A stretch of DNA of 64,000 nt from Raillietiella orientalis. Its lineage: Eukaryota. How positions within the stretch are numbered: the stretch's first letter is position 1; each line of letters begins with the position of its first letter. The position numbers were made by a program, and so were the translations under genes. The notes under the pieces were generated by a model. It searched no databases and was not told the DNA's origin. It was given only the letters and a program-made list of their open reading frames with translations. This document shows, piece after piece, positions 1 through 15,500 of this stretch. The stretch is from assembly GCA_036172245.1 (NCBI GenBank), contig JAYWIR010000016.1, forward strand, positions 3,100,001 to 3,164,000. Direction: 5' to 3'.

Positions 1-14
1 TCAAATTCAGTTAC

Positions 15-185
15 CCTATTGATAACATCATTTATTTCATAGTTATCAAACTGAAGAATATTTGCATTTTTCATCAACTCCATTATTTCTGCAAGACACT
101 CTTTTTTGTCTGATAATCTCATTTGGGACATAGGATCTGAGGATGGCAAATATTTTTTCCTCATCATACCAAACAGTGTTACAAA
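15..185 (-). CDS. Candidate orphan coding exon (57 codons, phase 0-0) of an unidentified gene running off the left edge
   Basis: The minus strand reads cattag|TTT...AGG|gtaact. It is exactly 171 nt and stop-free: FVTLFGMMRKKYLPSSDPMSQMRLSDKKECLAEIMELMKNANILQFDNYEINDVINR. No family recognised. Confidence 0.3.
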
Positions 186-2283
186 CTAATGGCTGAATTT
201 CAAAATTCATAACACCTTCATCGATAAACACATATGAAATTATATCCTGATTACAACTACATTAGAAAAATGGAATGTTTGCATCAGTGTTAAGGTCCTT
301 CAAAAAAAGCAATGTATTAAACAGAAAAACAGCAGATACTAAATGATTTTGACAAATTTAACTAACATTCGCTCTTTTCTTTCAAATCCTCCAGTAAGTA
401 AATCCATAAAACAGAAGCGGCAATGGAAATGTGTAATTCACATCAACAAATAGCATGAAGCTTTTCCACTTAGTTTTTCTCAACCCAGAAGCACCCCTCA
501 AGAGAGAAAAACAGTTAATGCTTGGATGTTTGAGGTTTTAATATTTGATAACGTGAAATGACTGAATGGTCACATACACAGAATATCAGTTTAATCCAGT
601 AAACTACACACATTAAGGATTCATATTTAACGGAACTTTATGTTTCGAATTTTATTTCTTGCTTTTTCAATTCGCACCATATGCAGATTGTACACATCTG
701 TCAGGAAAAAAAAATTTCTGGTTCTGACACAAAGGACATGCGGTTCTCATAAAATCTCTGTGTTGCTCAAATGAACTTTTATTCATTTTTCCTGACGAAA
801 CGCCAAACTTCCCACTCTTCCTCAAGGCTCCTTACAAGACACAAGGAAAACCAAAACAAACAAGGGATTACCAACACATCTTAATATGCGAAATTGATAA
901 CTTTTAACTAGAAATTAGTTTCAAAATCAAATGCATTAGATCAAAAAAGTGTAGAAAAATAACGGATAATTTATTAATTATTTGAAATCAATTAAATGGG
1001 GAACTGATGTCCGGGCAAACAACCGATGGTACTACGCAACAACTGCACATAAAAGATTAAAAAATAGGAAGTAGTAGAAAATTATAGATTCCCAATATGT
1101 TAGCGATTAAAATTCGATATCTCGTTCATAATAATACATAATTTTTTGTTGGAAAATCATTGAAACTAAATGATTATGCCAAGCAAGCTATGAAGGGTGA
1201 TTACCTAATCTTTTACAATACTTTGGAATTTAAAATGTTAAAAATTCCCTACATCTACTACATCTTCATCACTGTATCCAAGAATTTTCGACAACAGATT
1301 TGCATGCTCATACGCTGAATTTTAGGATATTCTCTAAATTCATTATTATCATCCATCAAATTTCAGAGGTGTAAAAGGCCGATTAAACTGAACAGATGCA
1401 AAAATGTATTTCTAACTGGAAAGTGAGAAGGTTGTTTTATTTTGACTTCGGACATTGTTCTGCAGATCATTTGAAAGTGACTTTAAAATAGCAAAAGGGT
1501 TTCCATTATTAGTTAGAAACAAATGTGGATTTTGTTAACTTCTCGTAACTGAAAGCCATACACGTTATCATAGAAGACATTTATTTGAATGCACAAATTT
1601 TTCCTCGCATCAGGATTGAATATACTTTCTTAACTCCTTTTCTTTCGGGACTTCACGCTATCTGCTGAATGTCTTTTCTTCTCCGTAACGTAAACTTTTC
1701 TGAGTTTATGACATTCCATAAAACAAAAGCACAAGCAGTTTTTCATTTTTATGACTCACTTACTTGAGTAAATGAATCTGATTATTTCCACATTCATTTG
1801 AATTTCACGGGAGAAGCTATTTAGTTCTTAATCTCATCAGTCAGGTTTTCGATATCCGAAAAGTTTGCACTTGGAAATAATTAGTTGCCTACTAAATACG
1901 AATTTCTTAATACCATATTTTTTTTTCTAACCACTTCATGGTTTCTTACTTAGAAATGCATAGTTTTTCCTAACACTGCATTTTCGATGCTACATTTATT
2001 TTTGTTAAAGACAAAAAGGAAGAACATTTCAAAAAGTAAAGTTTTCCATTGTTCTTCTCTTTGTTCGCTCCTGATATCACTGTAATTCAATACGATGCTC
2101 TTGTCCTCACTAATCATTGTCTACATTTGTGTTCATCGCATTTGACATAATGGAAATTGCAGTACAACTGTTCTTGCCATGGTTTTTCAAATGCTTATCC
2201 TCGCAAGCTCTTTTTTCTGTTTTACAAAAAGGAAAGCTTAATATAGAAAATTATTGTGTTTTTTTTTATAAGACATTGTTCCC

Positions 2284-2286
<3 letters not shown>

Positions 2287-2319
<33 letters not shown>
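2287..2319. repeat. (TC)n microsatellite
   Basis: About 16 uninterrupted TC units. Confidence 0.95.
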
Positions 2320-2323
<4 letters not shown>

Positions 2324-5300
2324 AGATCAGATCCAATGTTAGTCCTTCATGAACTTGGATTGACAATGTAATTTTTGATACAGACTTGTTTGTCTATCAA
2401 ACCAGATTGTTCACGGTGAATTTTTTCATCTCAATTAAGAACTCCTTAGAATGGAGCATGGGATTACAAAATAAAGTGGCAGAATATGGTTGGGAATGTT
2501 GTTCCTTCCACGGTTAATTATGATCGAAACTTCCCTATCGGATCTTCGTAGTGCCATGAATAAAAACCGTACACTTTTGACTCGAAGGCAACTTCTTTCA
2601 GTAGGACGTATGGCCAGAGTGGGAAAGTAAATCTTTTTTCACATGCGATATGTGAAAAACACTGCCACTCCTTCAAGTAGTTTAACTTGAATGGCAAAAA
2701 AAAAAAAAAACCTTCTACCACTGAATAAATATTGATTATCATTTGCAAATGTGTGTGTTTTCTTGTACTTCGGGTGCACGACAGATAGACTTTGTCGGTT
2801 GATTTAGGGCGTGCGTCTTTGACGGAAGGATTTTGAAACACATCGTCTACACGAAGACCGTTATCTTACATGAAAATGTATGATAATCAGGGTAATCTAA
2901 TGATGGTATTATAATGAATCTAAATAATTGGTAGCTGCATGAGTCAGCACTCATTACCGTCTACATGGTTACTGATCCAGCTCTTGTTGCTGCAGTTTCT
3001 AAGCAACACATTTTTAACTCGTGGGTTCCTTGCAGCCACTGTTAAATAACTCCAGCTAATAAAGTACATGCTTTTTTCCCCCCCCCCCCCCATCTCTTAT
3101 TTACTTGAGAGGCCATTGTGCACATGGAAGACTGGAAATCAGGTATAGGACAGGAGGAGACTGATGAAATTCCCTCCTACGAGAAAATTTATGTCCTTAT
3201 AACATGCATATCTCAAACACTTGCGTAAAGTGGTGCTGTCATTAATTATCTGATATGCTTCCACGGAAACGTTCTTGACGACTGACCTGGAAACATTGAG
3301 ATCATGCGTACCAAGGAAGCCTTCAAACCGTTTTTATGTTCACTTTTGCATTCCTTTTCTCTCTTTTTTTGTTGGAAAACAAAAAACAAAGAAAGAAGGA
3401 AGGAAGGAAGGAAGGAAAATAGTTAGTTTGTTTCAAAAGTACGTGCTTTGCATTTTCGGGAGACTGGGAGGAGAAGATGCTGCAGTGGCGGGAGATTCCT
3501 CCCACGTAGCAACGGCGGAGACGCTCCTCTCTCTGCCGCGCCGGAGCGCCGCCGCTCCCCGTTGACCACGGCTTGGGTGCCGAACGCCAGTCGCTGGGAT
3601 TCGGGAACCCTCCCTCCTCATCCCCTTCATTATGCGTACAACTACGTTTGATCTCCGATCAATACATGACGTTTCGATTCGATTTTCAATGCAACTCCAA
3701 TCTGTATGCTAACGACTGGCTGGCTGCGCCTTTTCCACCTCGGGGGTTGCGATCTTCGTGCAGTTCCCAGGGACGTGTGCAAGGGACGTTGTGTGAGTGT
3801 GTGTGTGTGTTGATTTACCTTCCTGCCTGCTGTCACTTGCACTCGCACGGATTTCTCTCCAAAACAGTGTGATATGTGTGGCACGAGACCTTGTTGGCGC
3901 TCAAACGGCCGCTTGCAATTTTAGGAAGTATTTGTCGTGGTAGAGAAAAAGCATGAGCAGCGGAACTCCCGGCAGATGTTTGCACGGGGAGCGTTTCTCG
4001 CCCTCCTCCTCCTCCTCCTGCTCGTTTCCATAACCTGCATCCTCTGGTTTTAGCTCCGAGCTCGCTTGTGCACTGCAGGAAGCGCTCTTTTGATCCTGGA
4101 GGAATTTACGAATTGCGATTCGGAGAAACCAAAAGAAAAAAAACACTGCTCCACGAAAGTCAGCATTTTGCGATGCTCCCGCTGAAGCGATGTTTCCGAA
4201 AGGTGAAAGGATCCCGCAGGATTTCCGCGCGAGGAGCGGACTTGGTCCTCGCGTTGCCTGGACACCACCGGGGAGAAGCAGCTTTCAATCAGTAGCTCAC
4301 GCATGCACTTGCATTTCGAAGAAGAAGAAGAAACGGGAAAGAGACAAAATTGAGCATTTTTCCTTTTCCTTTTATTGCATCGCGCCTCCAGCCAAGCCTC
4401 GTGAGGGTTTTGCTCAGACCTGGGTTGTCGTTGCTTCCTGAACAATTTCTCGCATCTGCTTCTTTGTTCGTCTGCAACCTCTTCGGGCTGAGGCATGGGC
4501 ACACTCATTCGACTCTGTACGAACGGCGGGCATCCGACAGATCCTCATCTTCGCCGCGGAAACCGGGGCACGCAGCTCCTCCGACTGTACCCTACGGAGA
4601 TGCAAACATTTGTTTTGTACATGTCGCAACCGTTCGCAGTACAGGCGTCGGTGGGGGTGCTTTGTTTCCCGGAGACGCCGCCAGGGGCGGCGGAAACAGT
4701 GCAGCCGTGGGTGTACCATTCTGCGGAAAAAGGAAAAAAAAAAAAGAAATACATAAAATACAGTGAGCGCGCGTCCCTGCGTTTCCAAACTGCACGGAAT
4801 TCTGAAGCACAGTAAATTTGGAGGTCTGGGCAATGAAGTGTGGGGTATCTTGTCTCGAATTGAAAATGACTGATGAGTTTTTTTTTTTTTTTTTTTCATT
4901 GAATAGGTGACCTCCTCCGTTTGTACTTCGTTCGAAAGATTAGCAAATTTAAAGATTAGGGTTTAAATGAACACTGATCTAAAAAATAAAAAAAAAAACA
5001 CTTTCAGTGATGCGATTGCTAACTGGAGAAAACAAAACACATGGAAGCGAAAACGAATTGCGTTGTCCTAAAACACCGCTTCGATTTACGACGTTTGCTC
5101 GTAAATCGAAGAGAAAACGAAGAGCAGTGCAATTCGGCATTTGGCAAAAATCGAATTCGCGATTTCGGAAACGCAGAGGACGGAGAAATGAATTTGGTAA
5201 TGATGATTCCCACCCTTACTTGCGTCGTTCGCCACCAAGATGTCTTCATGATACACTGCTGCCAACTTACCCAGTTGGCGAGCTGTACACCGAGTCGGAT

Positions 5301-7529
5301 ATCCGCTGACTGGTGGATGCGTACGAAAGCGCAGACTCTGTACATACAGATGCGATGGTTCGTGACTCCATTGCCTTCGTACTTTGCATGAGTAGTCGTA
5401 CATCGGACCAAGCGTTCATTGTCCATGCTGGGAACAAGGGATGTGTGAATATCCAGATCAGCAAACGTCCCTCTATCGAAATGTACTTCATTAATTTGTG
5501 TAGAGTTTGCGTTTCGCGGTCAGCAGCTGCATTCGTATTTCAAAAGCATCGTACGAATCATGTTTTCAATGAAAGCAACAACAACCTCAAGAACTTCACG
5601 CCCACACCGAATCGGACGTAGATGACCGTAATCGTATCCTCGACAAGCCTTAGACAACTTTCAGTTCAGATCTTAATCGACCCGCTGATAGAGCACAAAG
5701 ATGCTTTTCACGTTTCTACATACACAGGAGAATACCTACACACGCAAACGTGGAACACGACAAAGACGTGTGTGTGATTGGGCAGTACACTGTGCTTCTT
5801 GGATATACCTACGGCATGCATACCATCAGATGTGTACTTTCCCTAAAATCATGGATACACAGCATAAAAAACCGGTCCTGAATGCTCTTGGAAAACGTGG
5901 AAGGATATGAGGGACGCGTATTTTCCGTGTGCTCTTCTCCTCGTTCTAGGAATTTCCCACACATTAAACTTTTATGGCAGGCGCATGAATATTGTGAGTT
6001 ACACAAATCCTGTGACCTCGTTGTTAATTAAATTCTTACTTCTAAGGGGGCGAACTTCGTGGCAATCTTTGAAATCACATTTCTACCAGAAATTTCTGTA
6101 CGGTTACTCTAAATCCATCCTGTTTACTTTCTTTCCTCTCCGGTTTCTATGGAGACAGAATTTTAGAAATGCATGAAGCTGCCATTTTCACGTTTTTATG
6201 GATGGCTGGAATGCCATCAGATGTACCCCTTAGCTTCATTTTGATTCGGGGAAGAACGGGAAAAAAGGTGGGGCGAGACCAGCCGAACATCGGATGAATA
6301 CGCCGCAGGGCGTGATACATGGGGACTGTTTTTCTGGGCCACCATTTTTAGAATGGAGACAACAGCAAGGTGTGAAGGATAGCTACGACGGAAGCACCGA
6401 CCAGCTCGCAGCTGCTTTTCATTAGTCATCTCTTAGCCAACGCAGAGAGTCCCCGTGAAAGCCTTGGTGGACTCTTTGACCACCAGGTGCAAATTCAGGA
6501 TGAACGACGCTCCGGGGCAAAAAAGTATTCGTTGTTCTTCACCATACCTCGTGTTCCGGAGAGCTAGCGTTTGAAAGAAGTTTCGGAAGAACACAGCCAG
6601 CTTTATTCGCTTATGGAAAACGATTGAAAATGCTCCAAGGGATCGTATCTGGAAAAGAATAGCAGGAAATCGAATCAGCAAACTCTTTAATAGGCCATTC
6701 TTCAGCATCTGTTCAAAAAGCAGGACATGCAAACTCTAACGCTGGTCTTTTACCATGAATCGAAATCAGTCCCTGTTTCGTTCTTGTGTGTGCTTACGCA
6801 GCGTTCCTGCCGACCGTATCGCCATCCCCCCCCCCCCCAACACCAAAGCGTTCCTGACGAATTGCGGTTTCCGTAGGGAGGGGAGGGGTCAGCGGGCTTC
6901 CAGTTCTTAGCTACTGGTGGGCAAGCCCTCGCGTGTGCCGGACAATGGGAAAATCAGCAAGACGCCCGCTATGGTCCGAGAGGGGGGAGAGAAAAAAAAA
7001 AAAAAGTCGCCGAGATGCCGACCGCAACATCCTGCGTCCCTTCATGTTACTTAGACCCCAGGCTTCATTACGTTTGGAGTGGAAGAAACGCGCGTGGTCC
7101 AACGACGTTTCGCAAGAAAGGCCCTACCCGCCTGGATGCGTTCCGTGCGCACCGCCTGCCCCCCTCCCCTGTCGACCTCGCGCAAGTCACAGGTTACACC
7201 AGCTTTGCGCTTCCAAAGTGCTTTTCCTGACGAAGGCAGGTCATGTATGTCCACACCCCCGCAGCTGGAAATCATTCCCGTTGCTTCGTCAGATCGAATC
7301 GTCCGCGCCAGTTCCTCCTGCCTCCTGGCATCCAGTGACAGTTCCTCGTCCCAAAGGCGTGCCTGTGGGGCAAGAGTCAGGTTCGAGACGTTTCGGAGCG
7401 AGTTCGCAGCTGGAAGCCAAATGTGGCACGACAGCGAGGGAAGCCCTCGGAACGTCAAAGCCTGCCCAAGCCACATTCCTGTGAATACTCTGCGTGTGTC
7501 AGGGACCGTCGTCCACCACACGCGCCTGT

Positions 7530-8205
<676 letters not shown>

Positions 8206-9148
8206 CAGATCACCGTATAGCGCGAGGTACGTTGGCACCCCTGTGGGGCTACACATGGATAATATACATATTTGTGAAAGACGTTTTAACAGTGAAAAAT
8301 ATTCATTATTTGTTTCACTTTGAACAAACAGAAAAATTGAGAATGTTCATTTACTCTTCAACTCGAAGTATGTTTTAGGCGTTTGCTCGCATCTACTCGA
8401 TTTAAGCGAATGCCGTGCTCTCGACTCCATCACTTCGTTTGTCGGAGAACGTCTGCTGAGCTCTTTCATTTGAGAAGATTTGCGCGAGAAGATTCGAGTT
8501 CGAACCTTCCGCTCGTGTTCTTCTTAAAGCAGAGCTGGGCTGGCGCTGCGGTCAACCCCACAGAATTCAAATGCATCCGCAGAGCCGTAGGGGACTTAAC
8601 CCATCCGCCTTGACCGAGGTCTGCCGCCGCCATCCTTTCGTCGCGCCCCTGCGAGAAGAGGAAGCTGCTGCTCCTCGAAGAGCTATCCGCGCGCTGACCC
8701 GAGTTCTGCTTCAGCTCTCGTTTGGTCCTCGTTCCCTCTCCGCTGTCTCCCCGGTTGACGGTGAGCCTCCTCCGGCAAGAGGGCTTCCATGTCCCCGTCT
8801 TTCTTTTCTTTTCCGTTTTCTTCACGAAAGTGGAGGAGAGATAAGGAATGCAGCCGTCCGTTTACCCCACGCACGTTCGCATCGAACTCGTGCATGGGCA
8901 GAGGAACCTTCTCAAGGCCCTCGGGCTTCACAGCCCCAACTCTTCCTCGGAGCAGACAAGCACCCTCTTGACGCTCACCGCAGCAGCTGGAGAAGAGCAG
9001 CCCGTTGCCATGGATGATGGTTCAGCGCCTGCGAGCACCCCGAAGACGGCTGATTCATTCAAATTTCGTGCGTACATCTATCTATGTACACACGAAATTC
9101 ATTTCGATGCTTCCCCTCGGGATCTCGGATGTCACTGATTGATTAGGT

Positions 9149-9645
9149 CAGTGATACTCAACCTTTCTTCTTCTCGGACCGCATACATAAGTTGGCAATA
9201 TCACGCGGGCCTTATGCAGGACGCTATATATTATAGTGTAATCATGTACAGAACATTTCATACGTTAATATATTTTCATGAATTCTACAAATTTTAACAT
9301 GATATAATTTTGTTCACGTCCATATACTCTATGAAAAAAAAAATCTGAAGAATATGGGTGTAAACACACACTTTTCTTAACTGTGGTGAGTTCAGCACAG
9401 ATTGTACTCCTTCCGCGTACCAACACTTAACACGGTAAGAGACGAAGCCGTACGCAACAGCGTGGTTGCGCGAAACAAACAGACGAAACAACCCGCGAGG
9501 GGCGCTCTCTGCGCGTGGGGGGTGCCAGCCGTTCGCGATTTGCCCTTAAAAAGTATTGCCCGACTATCAGTTTAAAAGAGAATTCTTAATGACTGTGAAT
9601 GATATGAGCCGCACATAGAAGCGGGCCGCAGATTGAGTATCGCTG
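9149..9645. mobile_element. Non-autonomous hAT (Charlie/Buster-type) MITE, 497 bp
   Basis: TIRs cagtgatactcaacct (9149-9164) and agattgagtatcgctg (9630-9645) are 14/16 complementary. The 8-bp TSD gattaggt/aattaggt matches 7/8 with a central TA. Subterminal GGACCGCA/GGGCCGCA motifs are present, the interior is AT-rich and there is no transposase. Confidence 0.8.
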
Positions 9646-12017
9646 AATTAGGTGGTCAAATACAGAGTTGTACGGGCCCTGCCACTTTGTATGATGTGTA
9701 AAAAGTAGCATGCCTTCGAAAGAGAACTTGGAGGTAGGCCTTGATTTGCGAAAACCAAGAATGGATAGAGTATCAGCAAATGTATAAGATTCTATAGCGT
9801 GAGGGCCACGAGCGAATGTAATGGAAGTATATTTTACAAGCATCATCAAAGATTAGGGTGGCTGCCTGTTCATCCTTTTCGATAATTATGCACACCTTCC
9901 GGAGAAAATTAAGCGTCATCAGTAAGGTGTGCGTGTACGCGTGTTTTCCCTCTCTTTTGCGGAGGATCCCGACTTTCCTTCCAGGAGTCGATGTTCCTCT
10001 TTTCTCTTCAGTTATTACCTGTCAGGTCTTACGGGGGAAAACGGGCGCCTCGTCGGTCTCCGTGCAGCTCGCCAACGCCGGGACGGGGGGGCTGCTCCCA
10101 CGTGCGCTTCAGCAATCGCCGAAAAATGGCGAGGGGCGCACCGAGCGGAACTCGCGCTCGACACGCGGAGTCATTTCCGGTCGAAGCTTTACACCTTCCC
10201 CCTCGACATTTGGACTTCAATCACGTGGACAGCCGTGTAGGTACGGACTGGGTGTGTGCTCGTCCGTCCACTGCTGGCACGCACTCGGTCCGGACGCTGG
10301 AGATGCAAAAGCCGTTGAGGCGCTCCGGGAGGGAAAGCTGTGACGATTACGCATACTTGGACGAGTTCCGGGTGAGGAGAAGCTTGCAAAATTCCCGCGT
10401 CCCTGCCTTTGCCAAACAGGATGCTGGTGGACCTCGGAGGGGCACCCGAAGAATGTATATTTTTTTTTTTTTTTTTCATTTTTGCGTGTCCCCCCCCCCC
10501 CTTCGTTGTTTGTTTTCACGTTTTGTCCGTGAGCACGGGGTAAAACGATACTTTCTGGCGTGCCCTCCCTCGCGATTGCTACTTCTGCTGCAACACACTG
10601 GGAGAGAAAAAAAAAAAAAAAAAAAAGTGTGGCGTCTGCAAAGCAAACATCACCGTCTCGTCTGCAGAACCGGATGCTGAGACTCCGTACCAACTCAACT
10701 CTGGAATTACTGGAAGCTCGGGACGGACGTAATCATTGCGTAGTCGCCGGGCTGACAGTTTGAGAAACGCGGAGGTTAACCTCGGCTATCTTTCGTCACA
10801 GATGGCTGTCCTTGCCGGGGCGAGTGGGATGCACTGCCCTTTCCCTATGCTAGTCGTCGTCGGATCTTCGACGCAGCTGGATGCTGTCGCGCGCGAACGA
10901 GGCGCGGCGGGGGACAAGGAAAAGGAAAACGGATAAGGCCGTTTCGTCATCCGACCTTGCGAAATTCAGGGGTCGCATCGGAGGGACTTCGTGCTACCGG
11001 CACGCCACGACACGGAAAGTTCGGCGCTGAAGCCACTCGGAGCAAACGTGCGGTGCCGCGAAGCACGCATCTTTAGAAAGAACGCGGTGCGACATCACAC
11101 CGCACCGTGTCACCCACGCTTTGATCTCGAGCTGTCGCACGCCGACTGACTCTTTTGTTACGCCCACCGGCATAACAAAAGACCGCACGTATCGGGGAGA
11201 GGGTGGTCACAGGCACGGATGGGAAGGGAAGCCTCCCTTCACGATCGGCACGGAAGCGGTTCCATCGGAGTTCGGACAAATCCCTCGGGGGCACGGATCA
11301 ACCAGGGGTGCCAGGACGGGACGGACTCTTCCCCTCTCCCTCCCCCCCTCTCCCCTCCAGCAGCGCAGCGCTGCAACTTTGCGAAAGGAACCTGTGGAAT
11401 TTATGTCGAGGATGTGAGGGGGAGGACGAGTGGGAACAGCTGCTGCAAGCCCGCAGTTGTGAGGGCCTGCCTTTGTGCAAGACGGCACCAACTGCACAAA
11501 GACGCCGGTTGCGCACGGAGAAGCTGCACCTCCTTGTTGGCCAGCGCCGAGGGTTCGGCTGCCCACGGCCTGCCCACGGCGCGCTCCGTTTCACGAACAA
11601 GAAAACGGGAATTTCGCTTTTCCAGAATTGCTCCTCCGCCGTGGACCTCCCCTTCCCCCCCCCCCCCCAAAAAAAAAGAAAAGAAAAGAAAAGAAACAAC
11701 AACACCCAGAAACGGATCTTCTTATTCATCTCGGCCGACCCGTGACCGGTCGCCGCTACCATCACGCATCGTGTCGTCGCTGTGCAAGCAGCATGCCATG
11801 CAAAACTCCGCATATCGGATGGGGATCCACGGATGACCTCGCTTCGAACACGCTGTGGTCCATTCTTGCGAGCCTGGGGTTTGCGGGAGTTGTTGATTTA
11901 CCACGAAGGTTTTCGTTTTCCACGCGTGAATCTGATTGGCCAACGCGCTTCCGCGCTCCTCAAGGCGTCACGCCTTCCCCTTTCCCCTCTAGGGCTGCCC
12001 TCCTTTGGCGAGAATTG

Positions 12018-12550
12018 TTTCACGGTGACACCCCTCTTGCGGAAAGGCTCGCAGCGGCAGATGCTCCCGAAAGTTCGAAGGTTAAGACGACTCCTCACAA
12101 AGAGCTGGCAACCGCGTCCGCAGAGGACGCCCGGCTCGTCTAGAGAGAGGCAGCTGTACTCGCCCTGGCGTGGGCAAACCGAACTGTTTCCACGAGAAAG
12201 GGCAACAATTTCCGCTTCTGGGCAAATTGACTGTTCCCACGCAGAAGGCAACATTTCTGCTCCTGACCAACAACGGGTCATCTACCCCTCGCGTGCTAGC
12301 CGCAAGGGTCCTTCCTGCGAAACTCCATGAAAGTGCCCGCGGTCTTTCTCTAAACGTTCCCAATCTCTCCGGGGCGCGCAGCTTTATGTACAAGAATCAT
12401 ACCTGGAATCCTCGAGAAAAATCATGATTTTTGATCATCGTCAGTGTGCGAAAGTTACGCTGTGAACCAATCGAGATCACGCGAAGTACACGCGTGCCAT
12501 CTGTGTGCATACACGTGTGTGCTCATGTATGTGTGTGCACGTAGACAGAT
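12018..12550 (+). repeat. Copy B of the old direct duplication (partner ~7530-8205)
   Basis: Same collinear blocks as copy A, without the microsatellite. Ends are approximate. Confidence 0.7.
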
Positions 12551-15500
12551 AGATAGAGATACAAGGTAGACTCCCCATATGACACGGTGCTGCGAGCTGA
12601 AAGACCATCTGTGGACAAGAGTGGACTTGGAAGGTTCGCAGCGCAGGGCCGGGTGGCCGCAGCAGGAGAGCAAATCTTCGACATAAGCGTCTGAGGAGGG
12701 AGGAACCAAGGGAGCTCGTCTCAGGGCGGTGGCTAGGAAACACGGGTTCGTGGTACAGTGCGAAACGCAAAAGCGTGGTGGGAGACAACCGCGCTGAAGG
12801 AGAGCACCTTGGGAACGGAAGGGAACACCTGCTTCCCCAGGCGAGAGAGACCCAGGCAGCAGCACTTCAGCGTTCGTGTGACACTGGAGGTTGCGACTTG
12901 CGTGTTCTGTAGAGATCGAAACGGGGCTCGACTGGATGGTTTCAAGATGGCTGCCAGGAATGGAGGGATTCGTCCTTTCAAGCAGGGAAGCGCCGTGCCC
13001 GGCAAAGCAAAATGACTCACATGGGGTTGAGTAACGGTCCATCATCGTTTGAGAGAGTGTTCGTTACTGTTATTGCCACCGAGGGTTTAAGCAGATCTCT
13101 AAACCACTTTTGTGCCGCCAACAACAACCCAATCGCTCAAGGTATCTCACCATCTCAACCCTCTTTTCTTCCAAGAGGTTGCTGTTGCCTGCTATCTTTG
13201 GAGGAAACCGGACCACCACGCTGGAAAAAACTGCCGTGGTCGGGGGCGAAGGTCAATACAAGTGCAGGGGGTCCGTACGCGAGCAAATCTTGGAGCGAGA
13301 TAGACTCGGGCGTGATTTTCATCTTCAGGAGACGACGAAGCACAACTGAATGAAGCGCGTGACGATTACTGCCGCCAACACTACGAGCGATTTCAAAAAG
13401 AGCACAAACACGATCGGCAAAACACGCGTGCACCTCGTGTTCTGCAGTAAAGGGCGTGCACCGAATGGGCAGAGGCAGCCGCGGTGAAACAGTGCGGCTG
13501 CCAGAGCGTAAGCACCAATCTTTCGAGCACGGAAGATACCTTCAGGCGCAAACTGCAAAACAACGTGCGTGGTTGTGCCACTGCCACGCGAGTGGCACGA
13601 CCTGACCGAGGGCCTCCGCTGCATCCATTCGCGTGTACCGTAAATACGTACCGCTCAAGGTGAATCTCTGCGTATTTATGATACTTCTTCGTGGCTGTCT
13701 TTTGTTTACGCTGACCAGCTCTTTGAAGACCGGAAGAAGTTGCCGATGCTTTTGATTCACAAGAGGGAGATTCTAGATTCTTTAGTTGTTTGGACAAAGG
13801 CCTTTTATGCAGTTTTTTTTTTTTTTGTTGTTGTTGTCCTTAACAAACGTGACTCTTACGCTGATGTGGGAGTCGGCAAACTTCAATCTGATCTATCGAG
13901 GCCATTTCATACTCCCACAACATCCACCATCGATGTCAGCGAGTAGCTGTCATTTCGTGACTGCCCGCCAAGTTCGCCGCCGCCCTTGGTCGACCTGCCC
14001 TTACAGTTTACGAGCGTGCGTTTCCCAGTCTTCTTCTATGTTACGGAAATCAAATTTCGGAATGCCAAGGTTTTGTGCCGGCGCTTTTCAAGCGTGCCAT
14101 GCAGGCTGCTGCTGCTGCTGCACTGCCACTCCCAAAGTGGGTAACGTGACTCTTGGACGACGGCTTTCATATTCTCATCTCAGCAGCGCGTCACTGTGCC
14201 GACTCTTCGCGAAATCGTCCGTTTCGCCCATTGGCTAATTCTCTCCCTCCTCAACTTCAGTCAGTAGCACTTGAAAGACACTTTGTTTGTCATTATAACT
14301 TGGCGATCCCATGATTACATGCCGCAGGCATCTGAGCACGACATGCGTAGGCATCGTGAGAACCACACTCGACCAGCCTCGTCACGCTTCGCGTCGAGAG
14401 AGGCTCATACCGCTCATCTCATCCTTCGCTGACCGAATCAGGTTCAAAGGCTTCCGCTTCGATTTCCGTGCACATCCGCTCGTCTTGGAAAGCATAATCG
14501 GAAAACGTTCAGAAGGTTCCGAGTTGCTGTGAGAGGAGGACAGGAATGAAAACGAGGAGGAGAGAGACCGGGTGCAGCACAGCATGACTATGCCACCGAC
14601 GGCTCTTCCCCTGACTGGAATGCAAACTCGGCTACCATCTTGGGCTGCCATGCGTGGATGTGCTCGACCTCCGGGGGAGTGAAACCGGGAAAGAATACCC
14701 CGTCGGTGGACAAGAGGGTGGGTGCACGCCAGTGTAAGCGGGTAGTGCAGCGCTGCATCCGAACCTTGGTTCCACAGATCATCCTGAAACAAGAGAGCTG
14801 TTGGAGGAAGTGACCGCTGTGTCCACACTACTTTTGCCTTCCATGAACGACCGCACGGAAGAAGGGAAACCCTAGAAGAACCATATCCCGGCAAAAATCA
14901 GATAAGACAAAGCAACAGGTGCTGCTTCCCAAGACGCAACCTACAGCAGCCAAGACGTGTACGCACCAATAAGTAAACGTGCTGCATACGTTTGCATAAG
15001 TCCGAGGGATACAAATTGCCATGCGATGCTGTTATCGCAACTTGTGAGTGGTTATGGCTTGACGAGACAGCTTCGGGCACCTACGGTCTCGTTCAACAAC
15101 GTCATTCCTCTGACCCAGAGAGCCAGGAAACCGAGAGTCAGGTTTCGCAACAAGCACCGTCCTTTTCCTCATCACGGGAGCCCATCCTTTCTCGGCAACG
15201 TGCTTTGCAATCCCCAAGGGCCTGCGGTTTGCCGACGATCCCTTTCTTCGTAACGCGTCTCGAAAGGACGGCCTTGCAGCAGCGACGAAGAACACCTGCC
15301 CGGAGGGAAAACGGTCACCAACGCTAGCTGAACTGCCTTCTTCCACACCCGAGTTTCGCATGCATGTTAAACGTATTCAAAGGCAAAACCAACCGTTCCA
15401 CCGCTTTACCGCAGACAGGAAAGCAAAAAATGTCCGAATGAAAAGCGAGCCATCTTTCCAGATTACCTTCCATCCGCTGGAAAAGGAAGACGGGATCGTG

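Noticed and set aside
500..2900. Coding-like fragments on the minus strand
   Set aside because: Every frame is interrupted by stops, with no consistent exon chain or family match.
11830..11990. NTLWSILASLGF...APQGVTPSPF resembles LINE RT motifs
   Set aside because: The spacing is too short and the catalytic motifs are absent, so it is compatible with chance in a GC-rich ORF.
13021..13059. MGLSNGPSSFERV resembles the LTR-retrotransposon RT motif MPFGLxNAPxTFQR
   Set aside because: There is no downstream YxDD and no upstream RT motif in frame. At best it is an unrecognisably decayed relic.
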